From the NCBI GenBank assembly GCA_964016885.1, contig OZ024748.1:53258001-53322000 (forward strand): 64,000 nt of DNA, written 5' to 3'. Positions 63,610 through 64,000 of the stretch are shown piece after piece. Numbering within the stretch: the first letter of the stretch is position 1; each line of letters begins with the position of its first letter. The notes under the pieces were generated by a model. It did no database searches. It saw nothing but the letters and a program-made list of their open reading frames with translations, and was not told the DNA's origin. A program made the translations under genes and the position numbers. This DNA comes from Eledone cirrhosa. Its lineage: Eukaryota.

Positions 63610-64000
63610 TGCTGCTGCTGCTGCTGCTACTACTACTACTGTTAATACTACCACCAATACTACTACTAGCATCAACACACCACGGCCATCAACATATCCT
63701 ACCACCACCACCACCACCACAAATACCACTATCACCTCCGCCACTTCCACCATCACCACCACCATCACTACCACCAACATCACCACCGCCAACACTACCA
63801 TACCACCAACGCAACCACCACCACCACAACTCTACCACACCACCACCACCAATACCACCACCACCAACACCACCACCACCAGTACCAACACCACTACCAC
63901 CACACCACGACCAGTACCAACACCACCACCACCAGTACCAACACCACTACCACCACACCACCACCACCAATACCACCACCACCAACACCACCACGACCAG
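63610..64000. repeat. ACC-rich trinucleotide/minisatellite tract
   Basis: Direct reading. Confidence 0.9.

Overview
A very AT-rich eukaryotic window dominated by microsatellites and transposable-element debris. I can support no intact protein-coding gene; nearly all long ORFs in the track are translations of simple repeats. The repeat content resembles an octopus/cephalopod genome (inference, not checked). It includes about 20 copies of a tRNA-derived SINE, two further SINE families, fossil LINE fragments (RTE, CR1-like, Tx1/L1-like x2, CRE-like, R4/Dong-like), a decayed mariner, hAT, pogo/Tc2 and piggyBac-like MITEs, a Penelope-type GIY-YIG fragment and a 200-N gap. The most striking signal is a set of about a dozen short (120-500 bp) fold-back elements from several unrelated sequence families, nearly all bounded by (TA)n. 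They share one architecture: a short inverted arm, a long arm, a conserved RCTC...GAGY stem-loop starting 3-9 nt past the short-arm endpoint, and a 40-80 nt tail. Most carry a type I hammerhead ribozyme motif, with several non-canonical variants, at or next to the fold-back point. I interpret them as non-autonomous Penelope-like (pseudo-LTR) retroelements that target (TA)n. All identifications were made by eye and coordinates may be off by a few bases.
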